63,152 bases of DNA, from IMG/VR virus record IMGVR_UViG_3300009506_000026, positions 1 to 63,152 of that record; one strand, 5' to 3'. Of the stretch, positions 1 to 8,924 are shown piece by piece. Positions within the stretch are counted from its first letter, which is position 1; the number at the start of each line of letters is the position of its first letter. The position numbers were made by a program, and so were the translations under genes. Source of the DNA: a virus. Taxonomy: Duplodnaviria; Caudoviricetes. The notes under the pieces are model-generated. The model did no database searches, was not told where the DNA came from, and saw only the letters and a list, made by a program, of their open reading frames with translations.

Positions 1-166
1 ACCTTCGGAACGCCAACCTTCGGGGAGCCGAACTTCGGGAAGCCAACCTTCGGGGAGCCTACCTTTGGGGAGCCGACCTTCGGAACGCCAACCTTCGGGG
101 AGCCGACCTTCGGGAAGCCGACCTTCGGGGAGCCGACCTTCGGGAAGCCGACCTTCGGGGAGCCGA
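1..166 (+). repeat. 15-bp imperfect tandem repeat (GCCRACCTTCGGRRM) encoding the pentapeptide repeats
   Basis: About 11 copies are visible directly, and the period equals 5 codons. Confidence 0.9.
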
Positions 167-473
167 AATACAGTTCACATTTTTCCCATCAATTCGATTT
201 ATCTCTCAAATAAACCTTAACAAAATGTCGGATAAACTAACATTGGAATTAATGAGGAGAGATGCCTGGAACCATCCTAATCCGGAGAAATTTGATATAT
301 GGGCAAAAGGGGGACCGTGTCCCTATATAACCGAAGAAAGATTCTGGTTTTTCCATGAGAAAAGGGAACTATGGAGGAAGGGCAAACCCAAAATGAAAGA
401 TTCCGACCTTATTCTTGCAATATGTAAAGATAAAGGTTGGAAAATAAAGGGATATTTAGAAGGGGGTGATTAA
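3..473 (+). CDS. Pentapeptide-repeat protein (5'-truncated by window edge)
   Basis: Frame 3 from position 3 reads [44 protein letters not shown]..., i.e. A(D/N)LxX repeats. It runs without a stop into track ORF 225..473. Confidence 0.85.
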   Translation, partial: LRNANLRGAELREANLRGAYLWGADLRNANLRGADLREADLRGADLREADLRGAEIQFTFFPSIRFISQINLNKMSDKLTLELMRRDAWNHPNPEKFDIWAKGGPCPYITEERFWFFHEKRELWRKGKPKMKDSDLILAICKDKGWKIKGYLEGGD

Positions 474-651
474 CTTGAAAAAGTTGATTTGCAGATGTGG
501 AAATAAGGAGTTTATTTTCAGAAACTTTGGATTCAGAGTGGAGGTGACATGCCCAAAATGCAAGGACGTCCTGACCATCACGCTAAAACCAAAGTCCCTA
601 AGATCCAAATCGAAGCATGTTTTTTTAATGGGGAACTCTATTTTTGGATAG
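466..651 (+). CDS. Small zinc-ribbon protein
   Basis: CRCG...CPKC pairs; GTG start overlaps the upstream gene end. Confidence 0.5.
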   Translation: MINLKKLICRCGNKEFIFRNFGFRVEVTCPKCKDVLTITLKPKSLRSKSKHVFLMGNSIFG

Positions 652-782
652 GGAAATACCATTATAAATGCTTATTAGATGCAGGAGTGATAGCAGAATT
701 TCAAAAGCTTTCCCAGCGTTCTCCCGGCAAAGCTTTGAAGTACCTAAAATCAAAAGGGGTTGAATGGGTAAGATTAAACTAA
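549..782 (+). CDS. Hypothetical protein
   Basis: ATG preceded by GGAGGT, but it overlaps 466..651 by about 100 bp. Confidence 0.45.
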   Translation: MPKMQGRPDHHAKTKVPKIQIEACFFNGELYFWIGKYHYKCLLDAGVIAEFQKLSQRSPGKALKYLKSKGVEWVRLN

Positions 783-791
783 GGAGGAAAG

Positions 792-1124
792 ATGACCCTA
801 TGTCGCTATTGTACTTACTGGCACGATCCTCAAGAAATCATCGATGTTAATACCAGAATCTGTAGAAAGGGAAAACAAACAACACATAAGGATTCCTGCT
901 TCTACTTCCATCATAGAAGACAGTATGTCTGCCCCAAGGATGGACAGACCAAGAACTGGGTGGAATGTGTGTCAGGAACCGATCCCCACTTCGGGCCAAA
1001 GCCCTTTTGTGAAAATTGTCCCCTGTTTTTCCCTTCCGATGAATCCCCTAAAAAGGAGAAACCAAAACTGATTAGAAAAGACAAACCAAAACTGATTAGA
1101 AACCAGCAGAGTTCACTTTGGTGA
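792..1124 (+). CDS. Cys-rich hypothetical protein with duplicated KPKLIR and C-terminal QSSLW
   Basis: AAGGAGG RBS; 8 Cys; C-terminus KPKLIRKDKPKLIRNQQSSLW. Confidence 0.7.
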   Translation: MTLCRYCTYWHDPQEIIDVNTRICRKGKQTTHKDSCFYFHHRRQYVCPKDGQTKNWVECVSGTDPHFGPKPFCENCPLFFPSDESPKKEKPKLIRKDKPKLIRNQQSSLW

Positions 1125-1128
1125 AAAG

Positions 1129-2049
1129 ATGATTGACCTTTACACCATCGATATCGAAAAATATCTGGATCACAGAGGGATTTTGTATTCCTATTCAGGG
1201 AAGAATGTCCAGCAAGGCTGGATAGGAATTCAATGTGTTTGGTGCGACGATCATTCTAACCACTTAGGAATAAATCTAAGCAGTAAAACCATCAGTTGTT
1301 GGAAATGTGGTCAGAAGGGAACGATCTTAAAGCTGATCATGAAATTGGAGAGATGCAATCTGGACAAAGCGAACCAGATAGCTAAAAATTTTCAGAACGT
1401 CATCATAAGCGACAGCGAGAGATCGTTCGGGAGAGAGCAGGACAGAGCGGCGGATTTCGATATTCAAAAGTATTCTTTGCTTGAAAATTCATTGCTTGAA
1501 ACACACCGTCGCTTCCTTGAGTCTCGAAACTTCGACCCTGAGTTGGTATTCCAAAAGTATGGACTCAAGTGTTGCGGTCCTATTGGGAGATTCCGGCAGA
1601 GGCTAATCATCCCCGTGTTTTACAACTACAGAATGGTGACCTTTGTTACCAGAAGTGTAATCAATGAGGAGCCCCACTATTGGAATCTCCCAAAAAAGGA
1701 TAGCATATTACACGCAAAGGAGGTGGTGTACGGGGGCGACAAAGTGGAAGAAACCCTCTTAGTTGTAGAAGGTCCACTTGATCAATGGAGAATAGGAGAT
1801 GGATGTGTCTGCACTTTTGGGTCAAAGTGGACCTTAGAACAATTTGCTTTACTGAAAAGGTTCAGAAGGGTGTTTGTGCTTTATGATTCACAGGAGGAAG
1901 AGGCACAAAGGAGCGCCAAGAAATTAGTCTATGATTTGTCCCCTTATGTGGACCATGCCGAGAGACTGGAATTAGAAAAGGGGGATCCTGCAGATTTAAA
2001 CGAGCAGGAGGTTAAATGGCTGAGGAAAGAAATCTTCGGTAAATTATGA
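1129..2049 (+). CDS. DNA primase (Zn-finger + TOPRIM)
   Basis: N-terminal CVWC..H..CWKC zinc finger; RLIIP motif; TOPRIM VVEGPLD and YDS; GDPAD. Confidence 0.9.
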   Translation: MIDLYTIDIEKYLDHRGILYSYSGKNVQQGWIGIQCVWCDDHSNHLGINLSSKTISCWKCGQKGTILKLIMKLERCNLDKANQIAKNFQNVIISDSERSFGREQDRAADFDIQKYSLLENSLLETHRRFLESRNFDPELVFQKYGLKCCGPIGRFRQRLIIPVFYNYRMVTFVTRSVINEEPHYWNLPKKDSILHAKEVVYGGDKVEETLLVVEGPLDQWRIGDGCVCTFGSKWTLEQFALLKRFRRVFVLYDSQEEEAQRSAKKLVYDLSPYVDHAERLELEKGDPADLNEQEVKWLRKEIFGKL

Positions 2050-2089
2050 CCAAAATCGTTATAAATCAGAGGGTTATGAAAATTTTTTC

Positions 2090-2118
2090 TTGACAGAACA
2101 TTATGAATCGACTAAACA
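2090..2118 (+). promoter_or_regulatory. Sigma70-like promoter (TTGACA-17-TAAACA)
   Basis: Perfect -35 at 2090-2095. Shares the context TTTTTTCT..TGACAGAACA with the promoter at 7361. Confidence 0.55.
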
Positions 2119-2124
2119 TAAGAC

Positions 2125-2292
2125 ATAGTATCAACAAAAGTGTGGGGGATAAAGAACGCGATGTGGATGGAGCAAATAAAGGTGCCAACCGCAGTGAAAG
2201 TAAACTGACATGCGCCCCTAATTCATCGTGTTCCGCATGTCAGTTTCAACTAACCCCTGAAGGCTCTTCCTCCCCTTCAGGGGTTTCTTTTT
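2125..2292 (+). ncRNA. Candidate structured small RNA or leader (pseudoknot or alternative pairing)
   Basis: Perfect 13-bp inverted repeat 2202-2214/2234-2246. Its loop (2224-2233) is complementary to 2154-2163. Bounded by a promoter and a terminator. Confidence 0.45.
2252..2292 (+). terminator. Rho-independent terminator
   Basis: AACCCCTGAAGG...CCTTCAGGGGTT 12-bp stem followed by TCTTTTT. Confidence 0.75.
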
Positions 2293-2450
2293 GGGCAAGA
2301 GGTGAATTTTTCCACTTAAAGAAAATATCTTCGAATTTACTTCGTAAATTCTCAATATTTTCTAGTATTTGTCTTTTTTCTAGTTTTTTATTTCTTTATC
2401 TTCATCTAGTAGCTGTGAAAAATAATGTATCCTTTGGAGAATAAAAAATT

Positions 2451-3209
2451 ATGTTGGTACGATATGTTCCCGCAAAGATACAGAGGTGCCTTGATGCTTG
2501 GAGTGACAGAGGATTTAGAAACCACAACAGACCAAAGACAAAAATATTTCAGGAGACTATTAGATCACTAGACAGATTAATGAGGGGATCATTCTTTGAT
2601 CCCAAACATACTCCTGTTATTCCTGAGCAATACTTTTATCAGCCATTCACTTCCAATGATTTCTTATTATCTCTTGATAATTTTCACAAAGCCTCGTTCG
2701 ATCCACTGTATAAACCATCTTCCAAGAAATTCCTACAGAAAATAACCTTAGTTGATTTTCTTTATCTTGACCTGCTAAGAAACAACGAAAACCGCAGCTT
2801 TTTCCTACAATTCTTTGAAAATCCACCAGAGCTTATACATTTCCCTCTTGATCGTTATCCTGATACCGTAAAAGCCTTAGTGAATGAGTTTAACAGAATC
2901 AGTGGTGGGATGTATGAGTTCAAGAGAGGGGGTGAGGATCACAAGAATTTTGTATTTGCATCGAGGAAATTAGAGGAATTCTTAAAGGAACACGGTAAAT
3001 TGATTGAAAATGGGTGTCTTAGGACACCCGCCCAAAAAGCCGAACTTCTATTTCGATCGGCATTGATCACTATCCATGATGATAGCAAAAAAATCAACCC
3101 TTATTTGTTAGGAGCACCTTGGGTGATTCAAAAAATGGCACAGGTGATGTATAACAGAGGGTATCTAAAGCAGGAAATACCCGAAAGGGATTTAGGGAGG
3201 AAAACATGA
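2451..3209 (+). CDS. Hypothetical protein between primase and helicase (possible replication initiator or loader)
   Basis: 252 aa ORF with GGAG RBS; function inferred from position only. Confidence 0.6.
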   Translation: MLVRYVPAKIQRCLDAWSDRGFRNHNRPKTKIFQETIRSLDRLMRGSFFDPKHTPVIPEQYFYQPFTSNDFLLSLDNFHKASFDPLYKPSSKKFLQKITLVDFLYLDLLRNNENRSFFLQFFENPPELIHFPLDRYPDTVKALVNEFNRISGGMYEFKRGGEDHKNFVFASRKLEEFLKEHGKLIENGCLRTPAQKAELLFRSALITIHDDSKKINPYLLGAPWVIQKMAQVMYNRGYLKQEIPERDLGRKT

Positions 3210-3658
3210 ATCCTATAGCCGAGGAAAGATACAAAACTCTAAGAGAAAATATCAGCAGATGGGGGGATTTCTTAGATTTGCTATTGAGGGGGAAAAAAAT
3301 AAGGTGTAAAAATTGGTACAGTGAAATTGACGAAACTGTGTATCCAAAATATATTCGACTAAATTTTAATGAATATTTACAAATGGGGTCAATTTTTTGT
3401 ATCGATGATAAAGGAGATAGGTTTAAAATGGACCCCTTATCGGGGATAAAATATGAGTGGGAGGAATACAGTGGATTTGTAGATGAATTTCAAAAACCTT
3501 TTGAAAAGATAGCAAATCATATAGGAGTGATGAAAGCTCATTGGACTAAATACCATAACGATGAAATTTTAAAACATATCCATGAAATCCATGATGAAAT
3601 AACATCTCTATATCGGGAGATGAAGGAATATGCTGAAACTGAAAAGGGAAGTCGCTGA
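3206..3658 (+). CDS. Hypothetical protein
   Basis: 150 aa, GGAGG RBS, ATGA overlap with upstream gene. Confidence 0.7.
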   Translation: MNPIAEERYKTLRENISRWGDFLDLLLRGKKIRCKNWYSEIDETVYPKYIRLNFNEYLQMGSIFCIDDKGDRFKMDPLSGIKYEWEEYSGFVDEFQKPFEKIANHIGVMKAHWTKYHNDEILKHIHEIHDEITSLYREMKEYAETEKGSR

Positions 3659-5138
3659 TACAAATCTGGAAAAGAGAATCATAACTGGGTTGATCGTATC
3701 AAAAAAATATCTACAGGAGGTGTACCCTTACCTAAACCTGGCATACCTTAGAAATGACTTTACAAGAAGAATAGCAACCTGGGCGATCAGCTTTTATGAA
3801 TACTATGAGGAAGCACCTTTCACACATATACAGGATATCTACAACAAGGAATCAGTTAATCTTAAGGAGGAAGAAACCGAACTGATAAAACAGCTCCTTC
3901 TCGACATCAGCAAGAGGTATGAGTATGAGAAGGGGCTAAACGTGCCCTATCTTGTGGATGAAACTGTGGAGTTCTGCAAGCAAAGGGAATTGGAGATTAG
4001 AGCAGGAAACATACAGTCTCTTTTGGAAAGGGGGGATGTTAAGGGAGCGGAGGATCAGATTAGTCAATTCAGAAAGGTGCAGAAGATCACTTCCAAATGG
4101 GTAAATCCTTTTGAGGAAAGCGAAGTACTGAAAACCTTCTCTGAAATGGAGGACCCTTTAATGACCTTCCCCGGACAGTTGGGAGAATTTTTGGGCCCTT
4201 TTAGAAGGGAATGGTTAGTAGGGATATCCGCTCCCTTCAAAAGGGGGAAGACCTGGGCTGCTCTGGATTTCTGTATTATGGGAATGATGCAGGATTTGAA
4301 TGTTGTATTCATATCGCTGGAAATGAACGATGTTCAAATGAAGGACAGGTTCTATAAGAGAATGACAGCAGCGGCATCGGAGGGGGAAGGCTATTACTTA
4401 TATCCCTGTTTTGACTGTTACAAAAATCAAGATGGTTCCTGCTTGTTACCTCAACGCACAAGTCACATACGCTTGTTAAATGACAACTTCGAAAAACCTC
4501 GTTTCAATCGTGATTCCAACTATAAACCCTGCACGGCTTGTCGTGCCCTAAGAAATGGGGAGTATGAGAGGGCAACTTGGTTTACAGAATTACAAAGACC
4601 TGAGTACACGACGCAGTTGGTATCTAAAAAGATGGGAGATTTCTACGATATACTGGGAACAAGGTTCAGAATGAAGTCCTACCCCCGATTTTCCGCTAAC
4701 ATCGCTGATATTAGACGTGATTTGGACCTCCTACAAAACTTGGAAGATGTAGTTCCTGATCTAATTGTCATTGATTATGCCGATATCTTGAAACCTGAGA
4801 CTGAGGGACTAAGTGGAGTGGAGAAGGAGGACAGAAGCTGGATAGCCTGTGCCCAACTTGCCAGTACTCAGAAAGCTTTAGTAGTAGTTCCAACACAGCT
4901 AACAAAGGAGGCTCTTGAAGCCGAGAAAATCAGGACTCGTCATACGGCAAGATGGGTGGGAAAGTTGGGTCATGTGGATTCCATGATAGCATTGAATCAA
5001 ACTGAGGTAGAGAAGGAAGCAGGAATAATGCGAGTAAGTATCTTAGTACACAGACACCAAGATTTTCATGAAAGCGATTCCTGTACGATTTTGCAACTAC
5101 TGGAACTTGGTCAAACAAATTTAGATTCACAAAGGTGA
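3630..5138 (+). CDS. DnaB-like replicative helicase with Cys-rich insertion
   Basis: Walker A APFKRGKT, ISLEM, Walker B IVIDYAD, PTQL motif; CFDC..C..CTAC insert. Confidence 0.88.
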   Translation: MLKLKREVADTNLEKRIITGLIVSKKYLQEVYPYLNLAYLRNDFTRRIATWAISFYEYYEEAPFTHIQDIYNKESVNLKEEETELIKQLLLDISKRYEYEKGLNVPYLVDETVEFCKQRELEIRAGNIQSLLERGDVKGAEDQISQFRKVQKITSKWVNPFEESEVLKTFSEMEDPLMTFPGQLGEFLGPFRREWLVGISAPFKRGKTWAALDFCIMGMMQDLNVVFISLEMNDVQMKDRFYKRMTAAASEGEGYYLYPCFDCYKNQDGSCLLPQRTSHIRLLNDNFEKPRFNRDSNYKPCTACRALRNGEYERATWFTELQRPEYTTQLVSKKMGDFYDILGTRFRMKSYPRFSANIADIRRDLDLLQNLEDVVPDLIVIDYADILKPETEGLSGVEKEDRSWIACAQLASTQKALVVVPTQLTKEALEAEKIRTRHTARWVGKLGHVDSMIALNQTEVEKEAGIMRVSILVHRHQDFHESDSCTILQLLELGQTNLDSQR

Positions 5139-5157
5139 AAGGAGGAAGAAAAGGTTA

Positions 5158-5437
5158 CGTGCGCGAGAGTTTTTTGGAAAAATTCTTGGAACGATTTTAC
5201 TTTTCAAAGGAGGAAGGAAAATGATTACAATTAAGGAAAATGCTCAAGTAAAAGTGGTTTCTCAGGATGAACATAATGTCCGAATTGTGGTTTATTTTAG
5301 AGAAAGTGAAGGAGAATGGTTGCAGGTCAAACTAAGGGTTCCTAAAAACGCTTTGAGAGTAGTTGGGGCACCGTGTGCGAGAAATTCTTGGAAAAATTTT
5401 TAACAGGTTTACAATCTAAAAAGGAGGAAGGAAAATG
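5158..5437 (+). repeat. Two 66-bp imperfect direct repeats (5158-5223, 5372-5437), each ending in RBS+ATG
   Basis: CGTGYGCGAGA..TTYTTGGAAAAATTYT...TTTAC....AAAGGAGGAAGGAAAATG in both copies. Confidence 0.8.
5221..5403 (+). CDS. Small hypothetical protein
   Basis: Strong RBS; flanked by the 66-bp repeats. Confidence 0.65.
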   Translation: MITIKENAQVKVVSQDEHNVRIVVYFRESEGEWLQVKLRVPKNALRVVGAPCARNSWKNF

Positions 5438-5647
5438 GTATGTTTAAGAAAAGATTTTTTTTCGTTACCCATCACATTGTCCTATTACGCAGATAGAGGT
5501 GACTTAGTACACCCACCAGATAAAGGAAGATATCCTTCAGTAAAACAAAGAGGACACGTGTTTCGATATACGGTGTTTCTCACTCCTATAAAAATAACGA
5601 GAAAAGCGTTTATTGAAGAGGTCGAAAATGAGAGAAGTAAAGTTTAG
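5435..5647 (+). CDS. Small hypothetical protein
   Basis: Strong RBS AAGGAGG. Confidence 0.65.
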   Translation: MVCLRKDFFSLPITLSYYADRGDLVHPPDKGRYPSVKQRGHVFRYTVFLTPIKITRKAFIEEVENERSKV

Positions 5648-5993
5648 GTGTTGGCATCTTTTAGGAGAAGACTTGGACAAAAAAAAATTTAGACCAGCGA
5701 TGCTTTATGATACAAAACCAGGAGATTGTTTACGATGGCTTTCAGATGGACAAAAAATAGAGGCCATCATGCAATACACCGGTCTCAATGACCGCAACGG
5801 GAAAGAGATTTTTGAGGGTGATATTTTAAGGCATGAATATTCTTATGATATTTTCGTCGTCAAATGGGACGATGAAGAAGCCGGATTCAACTTGTTCAAT
5901 CGCTTTAACAAATTTGTATGGGGTAACATCGGGTTTGGTACAGAAATCATCGGCAATATCTATGAAAGCCAGGAATTATTGGAGGAGAAATGA
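5628..5993 (+). CDS. YopX family protein
   Basis: MREVKFR..., MQYTGLNDRNGKEIFEGDIL, EIIGNIYE signatures. Confidence 0.9.
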   Translation: MREVKFRCWHLLGEDLDKKKFRPAMLYDTKPGDCLRWLSDGQKIEAIMQYTGLNDRNGKEIFEGDILRHEYSYDIFVVKWDDEEAGFNLFNRFNKFVWGNIGFGTEIIGNIYESQELLEEK

Positions 5994-6262
5994 TAAAAAA
6001 AGATGAATTTACACAAAAGGTTCTAACATTCGTTGTGGATGAAGAGGATTTGTGTCATATTTTAATAACACATTTAAAAAGTAAAGGGGAACCTGTTCCC
6101 GAAGGCTGGCGTTCCATGATTTTGGAAAAGAACGCGAACGTGGAGGAAGTGTATTTCACTTTGGAACTACGCTATGAGGAAGAAACACAAACTACAATCA
6201 ACGGAAAAATGAAAACAGCGGAAGAATGGAGGAAATCCCATGAAGATCACGAAAATATTTGA
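5990..6262 (+). CDS. Hypothetical protein
   Basis: 90 aa, translationally coupled, GGAGGAG RBS. Confidence 0.65.
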   Translation: MIKKDEFTQKVLTFVVDEEDLCHILITHLKSKGEPVPEGWRSMILEKNANVEEVYFTLELRYEEETQTTINGKMKTAEEWRKSHEDHENI

Positions 6263-6665
6263 GTTCGAGGCGGCCCACCGATTGCCTTTTCACAAAGGGA
6301 AGTGCCAATATCTACACGGACACACATACAAACTGGAAGTGACGGTGGGGGGGTCGGTCGATATTAAATCGAATTCCTCCACTAAGGGGATGGTGATCGA
6401 TTTCGGCATGTTAAAGGGTATGGTGGAGGATTTAATCATTAGCAAGTATGATCATTCCTTGTTGAATGATTGGGATACAAATCCAACAGTTGAGAATTTA
6501 GCACAGGCTATCTTTGTGGTCCTTAATGATTCGATAAAGGCTACAAACGAAATGAATGAGAAGATGGCAGGGAAATATTCTTATATACCTGACGGCCCGG
6601 GCGATTTGTATCTGCATCGAATCAGACTTTGGGAAACATCAACCAGCTATGTGGAGGTGCCATGA
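6240..6665 (+). CDS. queD: 6-carboxy-5,6,7,8-tetrahydropterin synthase
   Basis: FEAAHRL, CQYLHGHTY, GMVIDFG, NPTVENLA, WETS motifs. Confidence 0.93.
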   Translation: MKITKIFEFEAAHRLPFHKGKCQYLHGHTYKLEVTVGGSVDIKSNSSTKGMVIDFGMLKGMVEDLIISKYDHSLLNDWDTNPTVENLAQAIFVVLNDSIKATNEMNEKMAGKYSYIPDGPGDLYLHRIRLWETSTSYVEVP

Positions 6666-7342
6666 GAGTTTACAGCATTTTCAATTCAATCAGTGGAGAA
6701 GTAGGATCAATCCCTCAGGGAGCATTGACAACCTTTGTAAGACTTTCCGGGTGCAATTTGAAGTGTACTTGGTGTGATGCGGCTTATGCTCAGGATTCCT
6801 TCGGGGGAACACAAATGACAGTCAATGAGGTTATGTCACAAATAAAGGAGATAGGATGCAAGAGGGTGCTAATCACAGGAGGAGAACCACTCATACAAAA
6901 GGGGGAGGTAGAGGATCTAGTGGAGCAATTGGATCAGTTCGGTTTTATGATAGGCTTGGAAACTAATGGGTCCATTATGGTTCCAGAAGAAATGCATTAT
7001 CTTTGTTTTGTCGTTATGGACTATAAACTGCCTTCTTCGGGCTGCTATTCTCCTAAGCTTCAAAATGAAGTGGTTGAAGAATCCACAATGTATTTCACAG
7101 ATTGGTTAAAATTTGTGATCTTCTCGGAGGAGGACTACCTTGTTGCTAAGGAGAGAGCATTACATTGGAAAGAAAGAAACTTCCACATCGCTTTCTCTCC
7201 CATGCTTTTCTCAAATGGTATTTATGCCGATGATCGTTTAAGAATAAACAGATTGGTACAGAGGATGAAGGAGGATGAACTTTACCATGTAGTTTTAAAT
7301 CTACAGATACACAAGCTTGCCCAAATCGAGGAGCCCAAGTAG
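6662..7342 (+). CDS. queE: 7-carboxy-7-deazaguanine synthase (radical SAM)
   Basis: IFNSISGE, FVRLSGCNLKCTWCD, ITGGEP, ETNG, LQIHK. Confidence 0.93.
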   Translation: MRVYSIFNSISGEVGSIPQGALTTFVRLSGCNLKCTWCDAAYAQDSFGGTQMTVNEVMSQIKEIGCKRVLITGGEPLIQKGEVEDLVEQLDQFGFMIGLETNGSIMVPEEMHYLCFVVMDYKLPSSGCYSPKLQNEVVEESTMYFTDWLKFVIFSEEDYLVAKERALHWKERNFHIAFSPMLFSNGIYADDRLRINRLVQRMKEDELYHVVLNLQIHKLAQIEEPK

Positions 7343-7360
7343 GGAACGCGATTTTTTCTC

Positions 7361-7389
7361 TTGACAGAACACGAAACAAGACGTAGATT
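7361..7389 (+). promoter_or_regulatory. Sigma70-like promoter (TTGACA-17-TAGATT)
   Basis: Perfect -35, 17-bp spacer and near-consensus -10, followed by a GGAGG RBS. Confidence 0.7.
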
Positions 7390-7423
7390 AACAATAACTG
7401 CAAAATACCTCAGGAGGAAGATC

Positions 7424-7696
7424 ATGGATACTCTTTTTCGGATTCATACAAAGAGTGACGAAAATGGGAAATCTCACACTATTTTGGTCTCACCTTTTGT
7501 TTTCGGAAGACTAGAGGCAGAAAGGAGGTGTCAATCTTTAAACGATCTATGCAAGACGGGAAGATTTTATCATGAACCGGTGCCGGACTCCAACTACAAA
7601 CCATCCGAAGTCTGGGAACCAACAATGACCCTTTTTGAGGTCAAACAACATCTCGGGATGATCCCGAAGGAAGAGGAGAAGAAATGGCTGATATAG
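7424..7696 (+). CDS. Hypothetical protein
   Basis: In-frame ATG at 7424 after GGAGG; the track's TTG start is the promoter -35 box. Confidence 0.65.
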   Translation: MDTLFRIHTKSDENGKSHTILVSPFVFGRLEAERRCQSLNDLCKTGRFYHEPVPDSNYKPSEVWEPTMTLFEVKQHLGMIPKEEEKKWLI

Positions 7697-8301
7697 ATTA
7701 CAGCAAGATGGATCAAAAGGAATTGAAAGAGATTTGCAAAGCCCTGAACTCTTTGGAATGGGAAACGGAGGAAGGAAAACAATCTCCAAAGATCAAGTTG
7801 GTAGGAATCACCAAGATGGATCAACTGACTGCCTTTGCGGAAGCCGTCGAATTGATTGACAGTGACAAGTTGGCGCCCTTGCCGGACCAAGCGGTGGCTT
7901 TCTACAACAAATGGATTTCAGGTGAGAATGCCCCCTTGGTGGAGGAGGAGCCCGCAAAGGAGGAGCCCGCAAAGAAGGAGCCCGCAAAGAAGGAGCCCGC
8001 AAAGACCAAGGCAACGGGGGGCCCTATTGGTAAGAAGGTGGATTCATGGGAAGAGTTGGTCAAAATCTTGGAGAATCCCCCAAATCCTACCCGTCACTTT
8101 GATGCTCTGTGTTTGAAGGGGGGAAAAATCGAAGACCTTGTAAAGGAACAGTCCGACTTCATGGCTGAAAAGCACCCGCAAATGACAGCCATGAGAACAA
8201 AGAACTATCTTTTGGGTCACATCAAATACCGCGAAACCACGGGGTATGTTTACGAGAGGGGGGAAGAGGGGTACATCAAGCTGGTGGGGCTTGAGAAGTA
8301 A
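7684..8301 (+). CDS. Hypothetical protein with (E/K)EPAK repeat linker
   Basis: 205 aa; four 15-bp tandem repeats at 7945-8004. Confidence 0.75.
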   Translation: MADIDYSKMDQKELKEICKALNSLEWETEEGKQSPKIKLVGITKMDQLTAFAEAVELIDSDKLAPLPDQAVAFYNKWISGENAPLVEEEPAKEEPAKKEPAKKEPAKTKATGGPIGKKVDSWEELVKILENPPNPTRHFDALCLKGGKIEDLVKEQSDFMAEKHPQMTAMRTKNYLLGHIKYRETTGYVYERGEEGYIKLVGLEK

Positions 8302-8309
8302 CAATCTAT

Positions 8310-8337
8310 AGAGAAGGGGGTTCTTTCCCCCTTCTCT
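8310..8337 (+). terminator. Strong hairpin (terminator or mRNA stabiliser)
   Basis: AGAGAAGGGGG-TTCTTT-CCCCCTTCTCT, an 11-bp perfect stem with no downstream U-tract. Confidence 0.55.
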
Positions 8338-8347
8338 GGAGAAAAAG

Positions 8348-8917
8348 ATGGATAAAAACAAGGTGCAATTCTATTTTCGTTTGTTAATGACAAAGGGATT
8401 GGGACTAGATTTGAATGATCCCGTCCTTAAAAATACTCCTGAGAGGGTGGCAAGAATGTACTGTCAGGAGTTTTTTTGTGGGGTGAATTGTGAGTTCGAA
8501 GACTTTCAAATGGATCCTAATACCGATTCGTATGATCAAATTATTATTTCGGATGAAATCTACTTCGTGTCCATGTGTGCCCATCATTTCTTACCCTTCT
8601 CTGGTTATGGGTATTTCGCATACATCCCTGGAGAGCATATCATTGGTGCCTCAAAGATGTCCCGAATTATAAACCACTACGCCAAACGTCCACAAAAACA
8701 AGAAACGCTTTGCCACGAGGCTCTTAGGTGTTTTGCTGAAAAAGTTAAACCAATAGGAGCAATGGTAGCTTTGTTCGGAACACATGGTTGCATGTCTTGT
8801 AGAGGAGTAAAGCAAACCGAATCAAAACTGCTGACCTCCGCTGTTATGGGATGTTTTTCCGAACCCTCCATAAAGAATGAAGCCTTATCATTGATAAGTA
8901 TTTCTAGAACAAAATAG
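8348..8917 (+). CDS. folE: GTP cyclohydrolase I
   Basis: TPERVA, SMCAHHFLPF, IGASKMSR, RPQKQE, HGCMSCRG. Confidence 0.93.
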   Translation: MDKNKVQFYFRLLMTKGLGLDLNDPVLKNTPERVARMYCQEFFCGVNCEFEDFQMDPNTDSYDQIIISDEIYFVSMCAHHFLPFSGYGYFAYIPGEHIIGASKMSRIINHYAKRPQKQETLCHEALRCFAEKVKPIGAMVALFGTHGCMSCRGVKQTESKLLTSAVMGCFSEPSIKNEALSLISISRTK

Positions 8918-8924
8918 GTGCCCC

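Noticed and set aside
1-166. Short tandem repeats as a CRISPR array or iterons
   Set aside because: No unique spacers; the 15-bp period encodes in-frame pentapeptide repeats.
2103-2444. 113-aa + strand ORF
   Set aside because: It starts inside the promoter spacer, lacks an RBS, and crosses a terminator and a low-complexity AT tract.
7808-8116. LRAPS and RRSPQ repeat ORFs
   Set aside because: Alternative-frame and antisense shadows of the EPAK repeat in 7684..8301.
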